Source of the DNA: Candidatus Aenigmatarchaeota archaeon
Lineage (GTDB): Archaea; Aenigmatarchaeota; Aenigmatarchaeia; GW2011-AR5
Length of the DNA stretch: 64,000 nucleotides
Reading direction: 5' to 3'
NCBI GenBank assembly: GCA_043799385.1
Contig: JAZDNV010000001.1
Span: 102,250 to 166,249, forward strand
Under the pieces are notes generated by a model, which saw nothing but the letters and a program-made list of their open reading frames with translations, was not told the DNA's origin and made no database searches. The position numbers and the translations under genes are program-made. This document shows positions 9,602 to 18,755 of this stretch, one piece after another. The stretch's first letter is position 1, and the number at the start of each line of letters is the position of its first letter.

Positions 9602-10633
9602 ATGATAGAGATAGACGGCAGCCATGGCGAGGGCGGCGGACAGATTTTGCGGACAGCAATAGCGCTGTCTGCGATTACTGGGAAGCCTTGTAAAGTATAC
9701 GAGATAAGAGCCAATCGTTCTAGACCAGGATTACAGGCGCAGCATCTGGCTGCGCTGAACGCTGTTGGGAAATTATGCAACGCCGAGATTATCGGCAATG
9801 AGCTTGGCTCAACGGAAATCGAATTTATTCCGCATGAGATAAAAGGCGGGTCGCTGTCGATAAACGTTGGCACGGCTGGTTCGACTGCGCTCGTTCTTCA
9901 GGCGTTACTGATTCCGGCTTTTCATTGCAAAAAGCCTTTGGACATAAGCATAACTGGTGGAACGCTGAACAAATGGGCTCCATCTATATATTACCTACAG
10001 AACATCACATTAACACTGTTCAGAAAGCTCGGTTGCAATGCAGAGATAATATTACACAAACACGGTTTCTATCCAAAAGGCGGCGGCATTGTCGAAGCAA
10101 AAATAACGCCTAGTACAGTTCGTGCTATTGAACTTATCAAGAGTGGCAAAGTTCTGGAAATAAGCGGTCTATGCTTGGCTAGTGAAGATTTGCAGAACGA
10201 TAAAGTCGCTGAGCGAATGCAGAAGGTAGCGCGACAGGGCGTATTTCGCGAGTTCCAGCTTAGCCCGAAGATCAAGACAGAGTATGCGCAGAGCGAGAGC
10301 ACAGGATGTGGAATAGATATCATCGCTGTCTGCGAAAACACAATAATTGGTGCTAACGCGATTGGTGAACCGGGCAAACGCGCTGAAAAAGTCGCGACCG
10401 AGGCGTTAGCTGAATTGATTGAATTCCACAGCAGTGATGCGACGTTAGACAAGCACATGGCTGACCAGATAATCCCTTACATGGCATTAGGCACGGCTAA
10501 TGACAAAAAAGAGAGTATGGTAAAAGTCGTTGAGATTACCGAGCACACGAGAACGAACGTCTGGGTTGTTGAGAAATTCCTGTCAGTGAAGTTCGAGATA
10601 AATGAAAAGGAAAAAACAATTAGTTGCAAATGA
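9602..10633 (+). CDS. rtcA: RNA 3'-terminal phosphate cyclase
   Basis: IDGSHGEGGGQILRT, IRANRSRPGLQAQH, GFYPKGGG, catalytic DKHMADQ. Confidence 0.96.
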   Translation: MIEIDGSHGEGGGQILRTAIALSAITGKPCKVYEIRANRSRPGLQAQHLAALNAVGKLCNAEIIGNELGSTEIEFIPHEIKGGSLSINVGTAGSTALVLQALLIPAFHCKKPLDISITGGTLNKWAPSIYYLQNITLTLFRKLGCNAEIILHKHGFYPKGGGIVEAKITPSTVRAIELIKSGKVLEISGLCLASEDLQNDKVAERMQKVARQGVFREFQLSPKIKTEYAQSESTGCGIDIIAVCENTIIGANAIGEPGKRAEKVATEALAELIEFHSSDATLDKHMADQIIPYMALGTANDKKESMVKVVEITEHTRTNVWVVEKFLSVKFEINEKEKTISCK

Positions 10634-11095
10634 TTACTTTATCGGTACCTTCTTTTTCTTCTTCTCTTCCGGATGTAGTTTTGGCAGAGTAACTGTGAGC
10701 AGGCCGTCCTCCAGTTTCGCGTCTGCATTTTCAGGGTCAACGTTTTTCGGCAATGAGAACGCTCGCCTTATCGCTCCGGATGACCGCTCGTGCATGTAGG
10801 ATTTCTCCGTCCTTTCTATTTTTTCCTCCTTCTTTGCCGCAGCTATCTCTATAAAATTTTCTGTGACATTAAGGCTTATCTCATCCTTTTTGAAGCCCGG
10901 CAGCTCTGCCCTTATTACTACCTTCTTGTCAGTTTCACCCATGCTTATCGGTATCGTCTTCTCGAAACTGGCCTCAGGAAATTTTATTCCCGGGAAAGTG
11001 AATCTGAGTTCAAATGGGTCGTTGAAATCCTTTTTTATATTTTCAATTGGCTCCTCCCAGAAGAAACGGAATTCCTTTTCTTTCTTCTTTTTCAT
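10634..11095 (-). CDS. Small heat-shock protein (Hsp20/alpha-crystallin)
   Basis: AELPGFKKDEI, ERSSGAIRRAFSLP, AKLEDGLLTVTLPK, C-terminal VPI. Confidence 0.93.
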   Translation of the reverse strand: MKKKKEKEFRFFWEEPIENIKKDFNDPFELRFTFPGIKFPEASFEKTIPISMGETDKKVVIRAELPGFKKDEISLNVTENFIEIAAAKKEEKIERTEKSYMHERSSGAIRRAFSLPKNVDPENADAKLEDGLLTVTLPKLHPEEKKKKKVPIK

Positions 11096-11145
11096 GCGTT
11101 CACCAATAAATCTAGGACAAGCAAAAATTCTTAAGGCTTGTGTAA

Positions 11146-11799
11146 TCAGAAGAATTCTTTTTCATCGTTTGCGACAATCATCTGCTTTATCAGGAAGTCC
11201 ACACCGCCTACCTTAGGCATACCATGGCCTGGCAGAAGATAGGACACAGGGTATTTTGCCAATTTCTTTAGCGAGTTGCAAAGCTTGTACTTGCTACCGC
11301 CTGGAAAATCGGTTCTGCCGATGCCGTCTTCAAATAACGTGTCTCCGGATATTAATATCTTCTTTTCTTTTTCATAAAGGCATATCGATCCAGGCGTATG
11401 ACCAGGAGTCGATATCACTTCAAACGTGAAGTTTGCCGTCCTTATCATACTGCCGTTCTTCAATACACGGTCAACGGTAGTGACTCTGGCCACTTCGCCG
11501 AACATCTCGGATAAAGTATCTATGCCACTTTCCAGCGATTCTTTGTCGTTTTCATGTATTGCAATTTCCGTCTTGAGCCAATCGCGAAATTTTCTGTTCG
11601 CGCCAGAATGGTCGTAGTGGCAATGTGTATTCACAATATATTTGATATTGCTGACATCGCACAATCTTGATATTTCTTCCTTTATTTCCGAAAAGAACAA
11701 ACCGCTGCCAGAGTCGACGATGAGTTCGCCATCAATCAGATAAATATTAGAATCATACCCTACTCCGCCCATCATTATGATTCCCTTCAAAATCTGCAT
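11146..11799 (-). CDS. MBL-fold metallo-hydrolase (glyoxalase II-like)
   Basis: THCHYDH, TPGHTPGS, SGDTLF, GRTD, PGHG. Confidence 0.92.
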   Translation of the reverse strand: MQILKGIIMMGGVGYDSNIYLIDGELIVDSGSGLFFSEIKEEISRLCDVSNIKYIVNTHCHYDHSGANRKFRDWLKTEIAIHENDKESLESGIDTLSEMFGEVARVTTVDRVLKNGSMIRTANFTFEVISTPGHTPGSICLYEKEKKILISGDTLFEDGIGRTDFPGGSKYKLCNSLKKLAKYPVSYLLPGHGMPKVGGVDFLIKQMIVANDEKEFF

Positions 11800-11821
11800 G
11801 ATAATACTATTCCACTAATTT

Positions 11822-12613
11822 TTAAATGCTTTGAATTTCTCTGCCTATTATGTCATGCGCATTGACGGAAAAGAACGAGCCGTTGTTTCTCAAAACCAGC
11901 AAATTCCCTTTTGCTGCCACAACACGGCCAGAAATGCTTATACCATCGCAGACCGAGATGTTTTCCGGGTCAGACAAAACATTTTGCAGTCGATAGAACC
12001 GTCTCATGTCGTAAATCTCAGGTTTTATGAGGTCAAATTTTTTTTCCTTCAGGCTAACCAGTGCCTTTGTTATATTTTCGGTAGCTACGTTCGGGTTGCC
12101 AAATAATGTTTTGTGTTTTTCGCTGCCAAGTATCCTATCAGCGATTGTCAGGTTATTCTTTATCTTTTGCTCTACGCTCCTCGCTTCTCTACCATCACGG
12201 ATGAACGCTATCTTTGCACCGAAATCCGCGCCCTGTTCGACCAGACGCTCTAATATCCTGTGTTCATAGGATATACCAACCTTCAGCAACGAGTCAAAAG
12301 CCGCCAGATAGATATAGTAATTGTTTTTTTCGCACTCGCTACGTTTTTTTGGGTTTATGCACTCGCCACTGCATCTTATGCACTGGAAGAAGTCGTCATT
12401 CACTCGGCAGTCATCGCAATTCCACCCATGCCTTATCTCCCTGTTGTCCGGGCACGGATGATGCTTGCCATCTTTAAAAAAACCAACGCAGAATTTTTTT
12501 CCAAGATTGATTGAGACATTTTCGTCGAATAATCGCATCCTACCAAAGTCCTTGCCGTCCTTTAAATTAAAGAAAGGTTCCCAGTTTACCCATTTGTAGC
12601 CGGTTATTTGCAT
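11822..12613 (-). CDS. DUF2797-like Cys-containing protein
   Basis: CxG/CP/CxxC clusters, YIYLA..LKVGIS, RLVEQGA, V.AKG pattern. Confidence 0.7.
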   Translation of the reverse strand: MQITGYKWVNWEPFFNLKDGKDFGRMRLFDENVSINLGKKFCVGFFKDGKHHPCPDNREIRHGWNCDDCRVNDDFFQCIRCSGECINPKKRSECEKNNYYIYLAAFDSLLKVGISYEHRILERLVEQGADFGAKIAFIRDGREARSVEQKIKNNLTIADRILGSEKHKTLFGNPNVATENITKALVSLKEKKFDLIKPEIYDMRRFYRLQNVLSDPENISVCDGISISGRVVAAKGNLLVLRNNGSFFSVNAHDIIGREIQSI

Positions 12614-13203
12614 ATTCGGTCAAAAGCCATCGTCACGTTTGCTAAAGTTTTTTCATCCATCAAGTCGTTTTTTAGCATTGAAAAAAGGTTTTTTGTCATC
12701 ATCTCGAATTCCTTTCTGTACCTGAATTTATATAAGGTTTCCCTGAAAAAATCAGAGGAATAGTTATCAATTCCGTGAAAGCTCAACCAAGGAAGACTCA
12801 TACCAATGAAATCATTGAGTTTTTCTATTCCCTTCCCGTGTTCTGAAAAGATTATGTAGTAATAATAGAACAGCTCGTCTGAGAATTTTTTTGCAATCTT
12901 ACGGTTCACGATTATATCTTCAATGAATTCAGGAACATCCATGAATTTTTTCAAGTTTGCTTTGAGCAGCATTCTCAGAATAATTATTTTTATCGCCTTT
13001 TCGTCACAGCTCTGCACGAACGGGTCTTTATAATCTATCGTGATGGCGGCGTCAAAATCCAAGATTTCTATTTTATTCGTATCTCCCACGGAAAAAACAA
13101 GATTTTCATACGGGACATCGATGAATTGTATGATTCTGTCAAATAGTTTGAATACGGTTCTTGTCCTGTCATCGGTCTTTTCGTATTTTTTTACAACGTG
13201 CAT
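12604..13203 (-). CDS. Hypothetical protein
   Basis: 199-aa ORF overlapping the start of the downstream gene. Confidence 0.7.
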   Translation of the reverse strand: MHVVKKYEKTDDRTRTVFKLFDRIIQFIDVPYENLVFSVGDTNKIEILDFDAAITIDYKDPFVQSCDEKAIKIIILRMLLKANLKKFMDVPEFIEDIIVNRKIAKKFSDELFYYYYIIFSEHGKGIEKLNDFIGMSLPWLSFHGIDNYSSDFFRETLYKFRYRKEFEMMTKNLFSMLKNDLMDEKTLANVTMAFDRICK

Positions 13204-13225
13204 ATTCTATATTAATTACCATAAT

Positions 13226-14071
13226 TTAAATTACACCTTTCCACTCCTTTATCGCTTTTTCATAGCGTTCGATATTGCCTATATCGAACCATTGGCCGCT
13301 GAACGGGTAACCAAAAAGCTTATTCCTCTTGGCGATCTTCGGAAAAACGTCTTTTTCCAGAGACGAGAAGCCGTCCGGGATCATTTTTATGACATCCGGC
13401 TCAAGTATGTAAAATCCCGCGTTGATGAGGTTTGATTCGATTTTCTTCGGTTTTTCCATGAATTCCAGTATGTTAGTTCCGTCTAATTTCACGACGCCGT
13501 AATTTCCAGGCTCTTCAACCGTTGTCAGCGCAAGCGTCGCTAAAGCATCATTATTTTTATGTAGGCGGAACATCTCTTCAATGTTTATATTCTTTAATTC
13601 ATCGCCATTCGAAACTATAAACGGTCCATTCAGGTGGTTTTTCGCAAGCTTTATCGGCCCGGCCGTGCCCAATGGTTCGTCTTCTTCAACGTAAGTTATT
13701 TTAACGCCGAACTTCAAGCCATCGCCGAAATGGTTCCTTATCTTTTCTTTCATGTGGCCTACAGAAAGAATAATGTCGGTTATGCCATACTTCTTCAGCA
13801 GGTCGAAGAGATGCTCAAGCATGGCCTTACCCTTTATCGGCATCAACGCCTTTGGTATTTCATATGTTATCGGCCTCAACCTTGTTCCTTTACCACCGCA
13901 GAGTATTAGCGCCTTTCTCGGGCAGTTGTCGCCAAAAGCCCGCAATAGAAGCAGCTCAAGCGCATGACTCCTGTTCTTTATTGTGTGGCCATCGACAATT
14001 CTGTCGATCTTCTCAACAAATTCCTTGTCAACCGTTACGCTTATCCGCTCTTTCATAAAATTATCATACAT
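13226..14071 (-). CDS. Ribbon-helix-helix domain fused to sugar-phosphate nucleotidyltransferase (paralog 2)
   Basis: N-terminal KERISVTVDKEFVEKIDRIV..NRSHALE (CopG/NikR-like), then GGKGTRLRP..PK, EPLGTAG, NGD, WFDIG. The start may instead be ATG 14056. Confidence 0.88.
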   Translation of the reverse strand: MYDNFMKERISVTVDKEFVEKIDRIVDGHTIKNRSHALELLLLRAFGDNCPRKALILCGGKGTRLRPITYEIPKALMPIKGKAMLEHLFDLLKKYGITDIILSVGHMKEKIRNHFGDGLKFGVKITYVEEDEPLGTAGPIKLAKNHLNGPFIVSNGDELKNINIEEMFRLHKNNDALATLALTTVEEPGNYGVVKLDGTNILEFMEKPKKIESNLINAGFYILEPDVIKMIPDGFSSLEKDVFPKIAKRNKLFGYPFSGQWFDIGNIERYEKAIKEWKGVI

Positions 14072-14081
14072 CGTAATACTT

Positions 14082-14906
14082 TTAAATACTCCCCCACTCT
14101 TTTATCGCCTTTTCGTAGCCTTCATTGCTTCCGACGTCGAATATCTTTCCGTCGTGAACGAATCCGGACAACTGGTTTTCTCGTGCCAGCTTCGGGAATA
14201 ACGTTTCTTCTATCAAACCTTTACCGTTGTGGACAAGATTTAAAACATCAGGTTCAAGTATATAGAAGCCCGCGTTTATCAGGCTTGGTCCACTGGTCCT
14301 CGGATTTTCTATGAATTTTGTTATATGATTGCCCTTCATCGCAGCAACGCCACCCCTAGGATTTTCCGTGAGAACAAGCAGAATCGTAGCAAGCGTTGAT
14401 TGTTTTTTATGAAAATTTAGTATTTCGTAAATATCGGGATTCATCAGCGTATCAACGTTCATTGCAATGAAAGTGTCTTTTATATAATCCCTCGCCAGGT
14501 AAAGCGGATAGGCGGTGCCCATTGGTTTTTCCTCAGTGAGATAAGTTATGTTAACGCCAAATTTGCTACCATTACCGAAGTACTCCTTCACCTTTTCGTG
14601 CATGCTTCCCACTGATAGGAGAATATTCCTTATATCATACCTTCTGAGCATGCTTATCTGGTATTCAAGTATCGGCCGACCGTGAATAGTTATCATCGGC
14701 TTCGGTATCTCATAGGTCATAGGTCTTAGCCTTGCACCCGTTCCACCGGCAAGAATAAGTGCAGTGTTGATATCGGTTTTGCTCATCGCCCTCAACAAAA
14801 GGCTTTCGACTGCATGGCTCCTGCTCTTTATGTTCCTCTTGTCTATCATCCTGTCTAGCTTCTTCAGTATATCGTTCTTTATCGTTATCGTCACTCTTTC
14901 GACCAT
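14082..14906 (-). CDS. Ribbon-helix-helix domain fused to sugar-phosphate nucleotidyltransferase (paralog 1)
   Basis: N-terminal ERVTITIKNDILKKLDRMI..SRSHAVE, then GGTGARLRP..PKP, KPMGTA, NVD, IFDVG. Confidence 0.88.
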   Translation of the reverse strand: MVERVTITIKNDILKKLDRMIDKRNIKSRSHAVESLLLRAMSKTDINTALILAGGTGARLRPMTYEIPKPMITIHGRPILEYQISMLRRYDIRNILLSVGSMHEKVKEYFGNGSKFGVNITYLTEEKPMGTAYPLYLARDYIKDTFIAMNVDTLMNPDIYEILNFHKKQSTLATILLVLTENPRGGVAAMKGNHITKFIENPRTSGPSLINAGFYILEPDVLNLVHNGKGLIEETLFPKLARENQLSGFVHDGKIFDVGSNEGYEKAIKEWGSI

Positions 14907-15003
14907 TCATACACCAAACACACTTTATTATACAAAAGTATGAACGAAAAATATTTAAAAAGTATGAATAAGTATGAACATTAATATAAATAGGGTGTAT
15001 CAA
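14906..15003. promoter_or_regulatory. Divergent promoter with repeated AAGTATGAA boxes (candidate RHH operator)
   Basis: AAGTATGAA(C/T) at 14936, 14960 and 14970, inverted TTCATAC at 14906, and GTGTATCAA at 14995. CGAAAA-ATATTTAAA is BRE/TATA-like. Confidence 0.6.
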
Positions 15004-15005
15004 AA

Positions 15006-16079
15006 ATGATAATAAGAAGCCGGGCACCGGTGAGGATATCTTTCGGAGGCGGCGGGACAGACGTGCCGCCGTACTGCGATGAGCATGGCGGCTGCGTTCT
15101 ATCAGCAACTATAAACAAATACTCCTATGCGTCGCTGGAATCCAGGAACGACCAGGAAATCCACATAGAATCAGGCGATTTCCTGAAAAAACTGAGGTTC
15201 GGAAGCATAGACGAGATGGCATACGACAATGAGTTGGATTTATTGAAGGCTGCGATAAAAAACCTAAACACCACACGAATGGGATTGAACATATTTCTGA
15301 GGAGCAGCATCCCGCCGAAGTCCGGCCTAGGCGGCTCTGCATCATGCTTCGTTGCGCTAATCGGGTTGTTCAACCATATAAGGGCTGATAAGATGACAAA
15401 TTACGAAATAGCGGAATTAGCGCACAGGCTGGAGCGCGAGGAATTAAAGATAGCAGGCGGCAAGCAGGACCAGTATGCTGCTGTGTTCGGAGGGATAAAC
15501 TTTATTGAATTCGGTGGCAATTGGGTCAGGGTTAATCCTATAACAATGAAGAAGGACCACCTGCTGGAACTGGAGAAGCATCTGGTTCTTGTTTATGTCG
15601 GCGACCGGCCAAAAGAGGACGTTACCAGAGAATACATAACAGGAAAAACGAAGACAGATGACATAATCGGAGACCAGGTCAAATCGGTTCTAGAAAAGAA
15701 AGAATCGGTTATAGAGGCGCTTGACAGGACCAAAGAAATTGCGTTGGATATGAGGCGTGCGTTCATGATAGGAGATTTGATTGGCTTTGGTGAATTATTG
15801 CACAAGGCCTGGGAGGAGAAGAAGAAGTTTTCAAACATGATATCGAATAGATACATAGATGATCTGTATGCGTTGGCTAGAAAACACGGTGCAATAGGCG
15901 GGAAGATTACCGGTGCAGGTGGCGGCGGTTTCATGTTGTTCTTCTGCGAGCCGAACAAGGAGCAGATCGTTGCAGAGCAGCTTGAAAAGGCCGGCGCAAG
16001 GCCGACAAGTTTCGCGTTTGATTTTGATGGCTTGCAGACATGGGAAGTGGGTTATCTCACCGGTAGGGTGTACAGATGA
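15006..16079 (+). CDS. hddA: D-glycero-alpha-D-manno-heptose-7-phosphate kinase (GHMP family)
   Basis: APVRISFGGGGTD, PPKSGLGGS, GGKQDQY, GGKITGAGGGG; adjacent to gmhA/gmhB. Confidence 0.85.
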   Translation: MIIRSRAPVRISFGGGGTDVPPYCDEHGGCVLSATINKYSYASLESRNDQEIHIESGDFLKKLRFGSIDEMAYDNELDLLKAAIKNLNTTRMGLNIFLRSSIPPKSGLGGSASCFVALIGLFNHIRADKMTNYEIAELAHRLEREELKIAGGKQDQYAAVFGGINFIEFGGNWVRVNPITMKKDHLLELEKHLVLVYVGDRPKEDVTREYITGKTKTDDIIGDQVKSVLEKKESVIEALDRTKEIALDMRRAFMIGDLIGFGELLHKAWEEKKKFSNMISNRYIDDLYALARKHGAIGGKITGAGGGGFMLFFCEPNKEQIVAEQLEKAGARPTSFAFDFDGLQTWEVGYLTGRVYR

Positions 16080-16080
16080 G

Positions 16081-16116
16081 ATGAATGGCGATACAATTCA
16101 AAACAGCGGTGTTTGA
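16081..16116 (+). other. Intercistronic mini-ORF MNGDTIQNSGV overlapping an RBS hairpin
   Basis: Starts 1 nt after the hddA stop and ends TGA-AA-ATG. TTCAAAACA/TGTTTGAA inverted repeat. Confidence 0.4.
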
Positions 16117-16118
16117 AA

Positions 16119-16706
16119 ATGAAAGACAAAATAAAAGAAGCAATCGATGAGCACAGCAAATTAATAGATGAGATTGTAAGCGATTCTGAACTAATGAAAA
16201 AGATAGAAATCATAACAAAAAGAATAATTGAATCTTACAAGATGGGCGGCAAGCTCGTTATTTTCGGCAACGGCGGCTCAGCAAGCGACGCGCAGCATAT
16301 CGTCGCGGAGTTGATAAACAAGTTCAAGCTGGACAGACCGATGCTCAACGCACTGGCGCTGAACGTCAATACGTCTGTCATAACCGCTATTGCAAACGAC
16401 TCTTCATACGATGATGTTTTTTCAAAACAGATAGAATATCTGGTTGATTATAAGGACGTTGTTATCGGTATAAGCACCAGCGGAAAGTCAAGGAGCGTAA
16501 TAAAGGCAATGCAGACGGCGAGAAATAAGGGCGCGCTTACAGTCGGCTTTACAGGAAGGACAGGCGGACCAATGAAGGATTATGTTGACATATTATTGAA
16601 CATGCCATCCGATTCCACGCCGAGAATACAGGAGGCGCACATACTGGCTGGGCACATAATCTGTGAGCTGATAGAGCAGGAATTATTCGGTAAGAAATAT
16701 GAATAG
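16119..16706 (+). CDS. gmhA: Sedoheptulose-7-phosphate isomerase
   Basis: GNGGSASDAQH, TAIAND, STSG, TPRIQEAH. Confidence 0.95.
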   Translation: MKDKIKEAIDEHSKLIDEIVSDSELMKKIEIITKRIIESYKMGGKLVIFGNGGSASDAQHIVAELINKFKLDRPMLNALALNVNTSVITAIANDSSYDDVFSKQIEYLVDYKDVVIGISTSGKSRSVIKAMQTARNKGALTVGFTGRTGGPMKDYVDILLNMPSDSTPRIQEAHILAGHIICELIEQELFGKKYE

Positions 16707-17274
16707 AGCTGTATTCCTAGACAGGGACGGCGTAATTATCCGTCAGATGGAGGTAGTTTGCAAGCCAGAGCAGCTAAAAATACTGAAGGATTCAGGCAAG
16801 GCCATAAAGTTACTGAACAATCTTGGGTTTCGTGTTGTGGTTGTCACGAATCAGCCGCAGGTTGCCAAGAACCAATGCACGGAAAGAGATGTCAGAAAAG
16901 TCAACGAATCGCTAAGGGCGAAGCTAATGAAGAGCGGTGCAAAGGTGGATGCTATATATTTCTGCCCTCATCATCCCGAAAGGCAGCATAGAGACATAAT
17001 AGAAAAATGCAGAAAGTATAGGATAGCGTGTGAGTGCAGGAAACCCGATATCGGGATGCTTTTAAAGGCAAAGAAGAAATTTAACATTGATATACATTCA
17101 TCTTTTATTGTTGGCGACCGCACAGTCGATGTACAGACAGGAAAGAATGCTGGTTGCAAGACAATATTAGTGAAAACAGGCTATGCCGGCAGCGACAAGA
17201 AATATGATGCGAAACCGGATTTCATATGCAGAGATTTGTATCGTGCAGCAAAGCTTATTGAGGGATTCGTATGA
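16699..17274 (+). CDS. gmhB: Heptose-1,7-bisphosphate phosphatase (HAD IIIA)
   Basis: FLDRDG, VTNQ, CPHH, CECRKP, VGDR..D. Confidence 0.92.
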   Translation: MNRAVFLDRDGVIIRQMEVVCKPEQLKILKDSGKAIKLLNNLGFRVVVVTNQPQVAKNQCTERDVRKVNESLRAKLMKSGAKVDAIYFCPHHPERQHRDIIEKCRKYRIACECRKPDIGMLLKAKKKFNIDIHSSFIVGDRTVDVQTGKNAGCKTILVKTGYAGSDKKYDAKPDFICRDLYRAAKLIEGFV

Positions 17275-18755
17275 AGGCAGTTATCATGGCCGGCGGGGTT
17301 GGAGAACGTCTGAGGCCGTTAACAGACGAAATGCCGAAGCCTATGCTGAAAATTGCAGGAAAACCCATACTTCAACACCAGATAGAGCTGCTGAAACGTT
17401 ATGGAATAGATGAAATAGTCATATGTGGTTCGCATCTTTTTGAAAAGATTAAGGAGTACTTTGGCGACGGCTCAGCTTTCGATGTAAGGATAGAATACTT
17501 GAGGGATGAACAACTGGGAACAGGCGGCGCGCTGAAGAATGCCGAGAAATTTTTAGACGAAACATTTATTCTTCTCTATGGCGATACGATGATGAGGATG
17601 AATCTAAAACGATTGATAGATTTCCACAAAAAAAGCAACGCAACGGTAACAATAACGCTGCATGAAACTGACCATCCGCATGACAGCGATTTGGTAAAAA
17701 TAGATGAAAATGGCATGGTCGTCCGCATATTCAACAAGCCGAATACGGGTATGCCTTCAAGACTAGGTAAATCATCGGTCTTTATCGTCGAACCTTCTGT
17801 GCTCAGTGATATACCTGAAACAAGAAACGATTTTGAAAAGGATGTAATATCAAAATTAGTACCGTCAGGAAAGGTTTACGGATACTGCACAAGTGAATTC
17901 ATAAAAGACATCGGAACAACCGATAGGTACAAAAAGGTCAATGAGATATTCAGTAAGGAAAAAGAATTGAAAGTTATTGCTAAGGAGATAAGAAAACACA
18001 TAATTAAAATGACAACTTGTGCCAAATCTGGTCATCCGGGCGGCTCGCTATCAGCAGCTGATATAATAACGGCATTATATTTCTATAAAATGAGATATCG
18101 TCCGGATGAGCCCAACTGGAACGAGCGCGATAGATTCATTCTATCAAAAGGACACGCATGCCCAGTTCTGTATGCGGCTCTTGCAATTGCCGGATTTTTT
18201 CTGGCTGATGAATTGATGACATCAAGAAAAATTAATTCAAGGATACAGGGTCACCCGTCAATGATTCTTCCGGGAATAGATGCATGTTCGGGTTCTCTCG
18301 GCCAGGGATTATCTGTTGCGAACGGCATCGCTTTATCAGCTAGGATTGATAAAAAAGACTACAACGTGTATATTTTACTTGGCGACGGTGAGTTGCAGGA
18401 AGGCCAGATATGGGAGGCTGCGATGACATCGTCCCAATACAAAATTAATAACCTTACCGCTATAGTTGATCGTAATGGATTACAGATTGATGGCAATACT
18501 GAAGACGTAAAGGGGTTGAATCCGTTGGCAGAAAAGTGGAGATCATTTGGTTGGCACGTTATTGAGATAGACGGTCATGACTTTCCACAGCTGTTGTACG
18601 CATTGGATATGAAGAGCGATAGACCAAAGGTAATAATTGCAAACACAATTAAGGGCAAGGGTGTCTGCTCAATGGAAAATAATATAGAATTCCATGGAAA
18701 GGTTTTGTGTGATGAAGAATGCCAAAGAGCGATGAAAGAATTAGAATCGCAATAG
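17271..18755 (+). CDS. Fusion: HddC-like heptose-1-phosphate nucleotidyltransferase + transketolase N-terminal (TPP-binding) subunit
   Basis: aa 1-~228: MAGGVGERLRP..PKP, LGTGG, LYGD, KDIGT. aa ~229-494: SGHPGGSLS, DRFILSKGH, GSLGQG, GDGELQEG. No stop between the two parts. Confidence 0.9.
   Translation: MKAVIMAGGVGERLRPLTDEMPKPMLKIAGKPILQHQIELLKRYGIDEIVICGSHLFEKIKEYFGDGSAFDVRIEYLRDEQLGTGGALKNAEKFLDETFILLYGDTMMRMNLKRLIDFHKKSNATVTITLHETDHPHDSDLVKIDENGMVVRIFNKPNTGMPSRLGKSSVFIVEPSVLSDIPETRNDFEKDVISKLVPSGKVYGYCTSEFIKDIGTTDRYKKVNEIFSKEKELKVIAKEIRKHIIKMTTCAKSGHPGGSLSAADIITALYFYKMRYRPDEPNWNERDRFILSKGHACPVLYAALAIAGFFLADELMTSRKINSRIQGHPSMILPGIDACSGSLGQGLSVANGIALSARIDKKDYNVYILLGDGELQEGQIWEAAMTSSQYKINNLTAIVDRNGLQIDGNTEDVKGLNPLAEKWRSFGWHVIEIDGHDFPQLLYALDMKSDRPKVIIANTIKGKGVCSMENNIEFHGKVLCDEECQRAMKELESQ

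Noticed and set aside
7459..10633. Beta-CASP RNase + RtcA as a dedicated RNA repair or defence module
   Set aside because: They are separated by an opposite-strand gene, there is no RtcB or regulator nearby, and both are common archaeal housekeeping genes.
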